Positions 58,705 to 64,000 of a stretch of 64,000 bases of DNA are shown here, in pieces. Made by a program: the position numbers and the translations under genes. How positions within the stretch are numbered: the first letter of the stretch is position 1; every line of letters begins with the position of its first letter. Source of the DNA: Desulfatiglandales bacterium (GTDB lineage Bacteria > Desulfobacterota > DSM-4660 > Desulfatiglandales > HGW-15); NCBI GenBank assembly GCA_963667015.2, contig CAXXJJ010000004.1, positions 3,840,001-3,904,000 of the forward strand. The letters run 5' to 3'. The notes beneath the pieces are model-generated. The model had not been told where the DNA came from and made no database searches. It was given only the letters and a program-made list of their open reading frames with translations.

Positions 58705-58745
58705 CTGGTTCATATGCACCACCAATTGTGGTGCATATGAACCAG
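58705..58745. promoter_or_regulatory. Perfect 18-bp inverted repeat, putative enhancer (bEBP) site
   Basis: CTGGTTCATATGCACCAC-CAATT-GTGGTGCATATGAACCAG, 80-120 bp upstream of the sigma54 box. Confidence 0.6.
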
Positions 58746-58828
58746 ATTAAAAAGACAAAGTGGCAGTTTAAAGGGTGCTGTTTGAGTAGAAAGATAAGTT
58801 ATTCGAAATGGCTGATCAGGCAGTCGTG

Positions 58829-59875
58829 TTATTTGTAATTTAGCTGTTGTTTTATCCGCATTAAATCCCTGTCTTCCGGTTTGAAAGGGTAGTTTCTCAT
58901 GTCAGGTCCCGGTCGTGAATTGGCAAAGGGCCTGTTACATGCAACTTCACCGTCGTATCCTTCACATCCGCTTGTCCTGAAGGGTTCTCCCGTATTGATT
59001 ATACTTTCCAGTTCTATTTCGGATAATCCAAAATCAAGAATCTTTCCAGCGTCATCAAAGGTTAATCCGGACATATCACTAATACGGTTGTCTATGAGGT
59101 ATCGTGCGATCTGGATTCTCCTGTAATGGTCCATGGATGGCAAAGGGTGGTCTGCCATCCGGGAATCCGCTTCCGGGAAAAACGAAAACAGATGGGTTCT
59201 TCCCTCCATATTCCTTACTCGTTGAATGGCCTGACACATCTCCTGTTCTGTCTCTCCCATGCCCGTCATAAAGTGAGATCCTGCATTCCCGTCTCCAAAG
59301 ATATCTATGGAATCTTCAAGGCACTGCCAGTATTGTTCCCATTTGTGAGGCCCTTTAACACCTCTGCCCCTGTATTTATCAAACAGTTCCTCTGTTGCAA
59401 GGTCAATGGCAACACCTATTTTATCGGCCCCGGCAGCCTTAAATTCTTCAAGATCTTTGTATTTTAGAATCGTGGGAGAAATAAGAAGCGACACCGGTAT
59501 ATCAAAGGAAGAGCGAAGCTTTTTACAGATGTCCTTTGTATCCTTTACAGACCTGCCATTGGTCACCATGGAAATGCATATCCTTTTTACCCTGTCCTGC
59601 CTGTTTAAAATCCCCTCTATTATTTCATCCAGTGTATATTGAGGCCATGTGACCCGTATAAAACTTTTTTTGCTGTAGATCCCCGGACGGCTGTTTGAAA
59701 GCCCGCAGTATGCACACCTTGCAGCACATCCCTCCTGGTAGGTGAGAAGCAGGTTGATACAGTATAACCTTGCATTGCGGTAAAACAGACCGGGTTTAAA
59801 GCCCAGTGTCATGGCAGCTGCCAGGCTCATCCTCAGGTATTCGGGGCTTTCCTGTTTTTCTTTATTTTCATTCAT
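58829..59875 (-). CDS. lipS2: Radical SAM protein, LipS2-type lipoyl synthase
   Basis: CAARCAYC (CxxxCxxC) and C-terminal TSGC...ACNRP motif. Lies in an operon with the lipoate ligase. Confidence 0.8.
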   Translation of the reverse strand: MNENKEKQESPEYLRMSLAAAMTLGFKPGLFYRNARLYCINLLLTYQEGCAARCAYCGLSNSRPGIYSKKSFIRVTWPQYTLDEIIEGILNRQDRVKRICISMVTNGRSVKDTKDICKKLRSSFDIPVSLLISPTILKYKDLEEFKAAGADKIGVAIDLATEELFDKYRGRGVKGPHKWEQYWQCLEDSIDIFGDGNAGSHFMTGMGETEQEMCQAIQRVRNMEGRTHLFSFFPEADSRMADHPLPSMDHYRRIQIARYLIDNRISDMSGLTFDDAGKILDFGLSEIELESIINTGEPFRTSGCEGYDGEVACNRPFANSRPGPDMRNYPFKPEDRDLMRIKQQLNYK

Positions 59876-60822
59876 TTATTCCAGCCTTCAACATAAAAAG
59901 GCCTTGATACCGAACAGCATGTCTTCTGGTATTTTATTTCCAGACCGAGTTCGGCAGCATATTCAAGTGCCTCTTCAGATGGGATTGCCATCCTGTTTAT
60001 CCCGGCTTCAATGGCAAGTATTTCCTTTTTAATGTCGCCGCGCTGCCTTGCACACCCCAGGCTCAGAAGGGTACCGGGCATCATTAGCCTTGCCTTAACG
60101 ATGATCTCTGCAATTTCTTCGGCAGCAGGTGGTGTCTTTCCCCACAATGGTGTTTTGGGCAGCGGCATGAGCGAAATAATGACCAGCTGAGCAGGATTGT
60201 ATAGTTTTACTGCTTCAAGGGCCGCTTCTTCATACCTGATGCTGCCGTTTTCAAGGCCGCAGATAATATGAGGGACTATATCCACACCTGCGTCATTAAG
60301 ATATTTCATGGTGTCGTAAATGGCCGAAACACCATGTTTCAAATGACATATCTTCTGATATGTCGAGTCATCACCAATCACATCCATCAATGCCTGATCA
60401 ACGCCAGCATCCCTGAAACCCCTTGCGGTTTCTTCATCAAGTATACCGCTGTGCCCGGAAACAAACAGGTTTGTCCGTTTCTTTATCTCCTTTATTGCCG
60501 GCAGAAACTCCTTCCAGGGAAGCCTGCCTTCACGGTCGCAACCGCCTGTAACCAGCATGCCGGGACAGCCTTTTTTATTATACTGAATGGCCTTTTCCAC
60601 AAGCTCTTCGGGGGTAACAGCGGCAGGCATTGTTCTCAGGAGCTGCCCTTTGCAGTGATCGCAAAGCAGAGAACATTTTTTTCCGGTCATTGAAACAGCA
60701 GGATAATCACCCCTTATGCCATCAAGGGAAAACATTCCTGGTAAATAAACTGTAAGAGTTTTACCAAATTTTTCCCATGATAATTCCCTTGCCTGTTTTG
60801 AGCGGTTTTTTAATGTGTCCAT
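59872..60822 (-). CDS. lipS1: Radical SAM protein, LipS1-type lipoyl synthase
   Basis: CSLLCDHC, GCAR and terminal TCCS motifs. Confidence 0.8.
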   Translation of the reverse strand: MDTLKNRSKQARELSWEKFGKTLTVYLPGMFSLDGIRGDYPAVSMTGKKCSLLCDHCKGQLLRTMPAAVTPEELVEKAIQYNKKGCPGMLVTGGCDREGRLPWKEFLPAIKEIKKRTNLFVSGHSGILDEETARGFRDAGVDQALMDVIGDDSTYQKICHLKHGVSAIYDTMKYLNDAGVDIVPHIICGLENGSIRYEEAALEAVKLYNPAQLVIISLMPLPKTPLWGKTPPAAEEIAEIIVKARLMMPGTLLSLGCARQRGDIKKEILAIEAGINRMAIPSEEALEYAAELGLEIKYQKTCCSVSRPFYVEGWNK

Positions 60823-60824
60823 AT

Positions 60825-61880
60825 TTAATCTTTATAATATTCCCTGAAGGCAACCCAGCATTTTTTAATTTCTTTGTCCAGATCACTCCAGTTGTTTTCC
60901 ATCAACTGCCTTCGTTCAAAAGCCCTTTCCTGGCTTTTGCCGTACAGGTCCATCCATTCATTGTCATACTCTGAAAGCAGACTTATATCGTCTTTTTTAA
61001 CGGCCTCTGCGGCCCATTCCCCGGCCATCCGTCCGCACATGACCGCCTGCGCAACTCCTGCCCCGGTAATGGGGTGTGTCTGACCTCCGGCATCACCTGC
61101 CAGCATTACATTGTCTTTTGTTATTTTCCTGGGAGCTTCAGCCGGAATCCATCCGGCAGTGTATCCTGAAATTTCTCCGGTAATCTTTCCCTGTGCCTTT
61201 AATTCCTTCAGAAAAAATTCAAGATGACTCTTAAGGCCCTTAAACCCCTTAACCTGTTTTATTCCAAGACCAATATTTGCTGTGTTTCCCTTTGGAAAGA
61301 ACCAGGCATAACCACCGTAAAACCTTTTATCAAACCGGACTTCCGTATAATCGATGGAGTCGGTAAGGGCGGCCCTTGCCTGTAATGCAGGAAGAAGATT
61401 TTTGTTGGGGGAACCGATCCATTTTCCCACCCTTGAGTGCGGACCGTCGGCGCCTATAATTATCTTTGCCCTTATGTTTATTCGTTCACTTTTTTTTAAT
61501 ACAGTAACATCATTCCCATCCAGTCCTACCGCACTGCTTTCAGTCCATACTTCGGCGCCTGAATCTACTGCCTTTGCTGCCAGGGCCTGATCAAACTGAT
61601 TCCTGTTGATAATAAAGCCTGGTGAAGGTGTTTCTGTTATTTCATTACCCGGAAGGATACTCTTCATGTTCTTTACCGGCTGAACGATAAATTCCTTTCC
61701 GCAGTACAGCTCTCCCAACAGCTGCCTTGGAATAAACTCCGCGCATCTAACAGGCTCGCCTATAACCTTCTTCCTGTCGATAAAGAGTACTTTTGCCCCG
61801 GCTCCTGCCGCCTTTTCTGCCGCAGAGGCCCCGGCAGGACCGGCGCCTATTACCAGGATATCACACCTGTATTCGGTCAC
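60825..61880 (-). CDS. Geranylgeranyl reductase-family FAD oxidoreductase (LipT-like)
   Basis: VIGAGPAG, IIGADG, GYAWFFPKG and AGDAGGQTHPITGAG motifs. GTG start overlaps the upstream stop. Confidence 0.85.
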   Translation of the reverse strand: MTEYRCDILVIGAGPAGASAAEKAAGAGAKVLFIDRKKVIGEPVRCAEFIPRQLLGELYCGKEFIVQPVKNMKSILPGNEITETPSPGFIINRNQFDQALAAKAVDSGAEVWTESSAVGLDGNDVTVLKKSERINIRAKIIIGADGPHSRVGKWIGSPNKNLLPALQARAALTDSIDYTEVRFDKRFYGGYAWFFPKGNTANIGLGIKQVKGFKGLKSHLEFFLKELKAQGKITGEISGYTAGWIPAEAPRKITKDNVMLAGDAGGQTHPITGAGVAQAVMCGRMAGEWAAEAVKKDDISLLSEYDNEWMDLYGKSQERAFERRQLMENNWSDLDKEIKKCWVAFREYYKD

Positions 61881-63463
61881 GCAGCTCCTCTGGCCCTTTG
61901 TTCATCCAACACGTTAAGGACTTTTTCAAGTAGAGACATATTTATATGTGTCTGGCTTTTAAACTCTCCATCATAGGCCTCCTTTACCTGGTCGAGCTCA
62001 TAGCATGTGGTATTATCAATATTAAGGAGTATTCCGGGGATCCCGGCCTTTTCAAAGTCATTAACATGTTTGGTAAAAAAGGGCTGGCAGCAGCAGCCTA
62101 TGAACGCACTTTCATTCAACCGCTTCATCATCTCCAGCTCGGATAAAAGATCCTCAAAACTGTTAACACATCGCACGTCCAGTTTTTTATTCCAGCCAAG
62201 GCTCCATGCCTGACCAACAGTACATGTACCGCACTGGCGGCATGTCTTTTTATGGCGAAGGTGGCATATAAGACTTTTCGCACAGTAGGGCAGAAGTAAT
62301 ACAGAGGGCCGGGCGGCTATTATGTCTTTAAAAGACCCGTTGGTCACCGATATCTGGTTACACTCCTCAAGGGGAATGCCAAATTCGGATGCTATCGCCG
62401 CCTTTTCAAGCGTCTGGTCCAGAGGTTTAAAAAAATCCTCCGGACCTATTCCCGGGATCGTTATACGTTCATCCCTGAAATAACCGTCAACGATATTGAA
62501 AAGCACCTCACGGGCAAATGGTTTGCCCTTGAGTTCCGACTCCAGGTCATAAAGAGCCCTTGAGGGAAATGACAGGAAATCGCCTGTTATGTAGATATCA
62601 TCAATCCTGTTTCGGACCCGGTCTACTGCAACAGTAAAACGAACGAGACCGTCCTCCACCTTGTTGGCAGCCTGCAGGATTTCCTTTCCCATTGATTTCG
62701 GTTTTATCCTGTCTATCCATTCCGGAGAGGAATAATACTGAAGTTTTTCTTTAAAAACCGCTTTTTCCTCAGGGGTTAAACCGGAAGGGACGAGCTTTAT
62801 ATCGAGACATTCTTCAAATCCTTTAACAATACTTTTCCTGATATCCTCCTGACCGGGAGTATGTCCAAGTTCCCAGTTGAGACAGGTAACCCGCTCCTTT
62901 ACAGAGTCAATCTCCTTTGCCTTTAATTTTTCAACGGGAATCTTCAGGCCTTTAAGCATTGTATCTACGTCAAAGTCCACAAGCATGGTCCCCTGGAAGA
63001 AAAATGCCCTGTCAGATTCGGTTCCGCCTGTGCCGGATATCTTTCTGCCGCCTATCTCAATATCGTTTCTGGGACGGAAGGACGCCTCAAGCCCCATATA
63101 CCCCAGTGCCTTAACCACTGGTTCACACAATGACCTGAAAAGACGCTGGTTGGGAATCTCCATATCAAAGAAATCCTTGTCACATATAATCTCCCAGCCT
63201 ATCTGATTTTCATCAAAAAAGATTGCACCCCCGCCTGTTATCCTCCTGTTTATATCGATACCATTCTCCAGACAAAATGATTCTCGTATTTCCTCCTCAA
63301 CAGACTGATGGTAGCCAATAAGAACAGATGGGGGAGAAAACTGAAGAAACCGGATGGTGTCAGGACTTTTTCGCTGCCCTTTAAGTTCAAGAAGTGTATC
63401 ATCAAGGGCCATGTTTTCTGCAGCAGTCATATGGCCAGTATCAAGCAAACGCCATTCTTTCAA
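61877..63463 (-). CDS. Lipoate--protein ligase fused to a C-terminal Cys-rich (DUF116-like) domain
   Basis: NMALD, RRITGGGAIF, RPRNDI..GRKISGTG and ITGDF motifs, then LPYCAK..C..CRQCGTC..GCCC. TTG start at 63463 after GGAGG. Confidence 0.85.
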   Translation of the reverse strand: MKEWRLLDTGHMTAAENMALDDTLLELKGQRKSPDTIRFLQFSPPSVLIGYHQSVEEEIRESFCLENGIDINRRITGGGAIFFDENQIGWEIICDKDFFDMEIPNQRLFRSLCEPVVKALGYMGLEASFRPRNDIEIGGRKISGTGGTESDRAFFFQGTMLVDFDVDTMLKGLKIPVEKLKAKEIDSVKERVTCLNWELGHTPGQEDIRKSIVKGFEECLDIKLVPSGLTPEEKAVFKEKLQYYSSPEWIDRIKPKSMGKEILQAANKVEDGLVRFTVAVDRVRNRIDDIYITGDFLSFPSRALYDLESELKGKPFAREVLFNIVDGYFRDERITIPGIGPEDFFKPLDQTLEKAAIASEFGIPLEECNQISVTNGSFKDIIAARPSVLLLPYCAKSLICHLRHKKTCRQCGTCTVGQAWSLGWNKKLDVRCVNSFEDLLSELEMMKRLNESAFIGCCCQPFFTKHVNDFEKAGIPGILLNIDNTTCYELDQVKEAYDGEFKSQTHINMSLLEKVLNVLDEQRARGAA

Positions 63464-63656
63464 AACAATTCCTCCAAACAAATTACAAAATTACAAATTA
63501 AGTCTTAAAACAAACTTTGCATATTCTCAATAGAGATCAAATCTGTCAATACCTCTATATCATTGCACATGTAAAATTATAGATTACTGAGTAAAATTGA
63601 TGTAATTAATAGAAGGTTTAGGCCTGATAGTAAAAAACCAGCATCTATAATATGCC

Positions 63657-63688
63657 AAAAAAAGGGCATGAAATTTCATGCCCTTTTT
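63657..63688 (-). terminator. Intrinsic terminator
   Basis: AAAAAAAGGGCATGAAA-TTTCATGCCCTTTT. Confidence 0.75.
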
Positions 63689-63717
63689 AATTATTATTCA
63701 AAATGTCTGCTATAAAA

Positions 63718-64000
63718 TCAGGAGGTTAAGGCCGCCTTTGCAACAGAGATGGATGTTGATGCAGGAAATTTTTCTATAAAATCCTTAAGGATCTCATCTG
63801 ATTTTGCATAATCGTTTTTCAGCCTGTATATCCTTGCCAGGCCCAGCATGGCCTGTTCCCTGGAATAATCATCCTTCCCGGCTGCAGCTTTTTCAAGAGA
63901 GCTTATGGCCTGATCATAATCTCCCTTTTCTTCAAAGCAAACCGAAAGGGCCAGCATGGCATAGGATGAATATGGCTCCTCCGAACTATCATTTAGATAT
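63718..64000 (-). CDS. TPR protein (YfgM-like), 5' part outside the window
   Basis: TPR helices LALSVCFEEKGDYDQAI and AMLGLARIY..FIEKFPAS. Confidence 0.65.
   Translation of the reverse strand, partial: YLNDSSEEPYSSYAMLALSVCFEEKGDYDQAISSLEKAAAGKDDYSREQAMLGLARIYRLKNDYAKSDEILKDFIEKFPASTSISVAKAALTS

Noticed and set aside
2244..63508. Numerous 60-200 aa ORFs nested in or antisense to the long genes
   Set aside because: They overlap well-supported CDSs in other frames and lack family motifs.
1..64000. CRISPR arrays, tRNA/rRNA genes, integron integrase, reverse transcriptase/DGR
   Set aside because: I saw no regularly spaced repeats, RNA gene signatures, tyrosine recombinase motifs or RT motifs by eye. 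A covariance-model search would be needed to exclude small RNAs.

Overview
The window looks like an anaerobic deltaproteobacterium (Desulfobacterota-like, inferred from gene content and sigma54 promoters). No rRNA, tRNA or CRISPR array was seen. Metabolic genes include an HdrD-like/MvhD pair, a double-cubane cluster protein with its ATPase, a tungsten aldehyde oxidoreductase with two ThiS/MoaD proteins, a four-component corrinoid methyltransferase (O-demethylase-type) system with a near-identical duplicated corrinoid protein, several hydantoinase/oxoprolinase genes and a lipoate ligase-LipT-LipS1-LipS2 operon. Accessory DNA includes many decayed genes (several with in-frame internal deletions), a collapsed type I R-M locus beside an HTH-ImmA/IrrE + PIN pair, an intact IS630, a RAYT, and an integrase-less, eroding integron-like cassette array at about 41.6-46.5 kb. 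The most striking candidate novel system is a ~12 kb five-gene operon at 46.6-58.7 kb behind a consensus sigma54 promoter. It has two duplicated modules, each an Ig/NTF2-like exported adaptor plus a giant exported helical protein with a conserved NTF2-like C-terminus, and the modules flank an outer-membrane beta-barrel gene. All family assignments come from motif recognition by eye, not from database searches.
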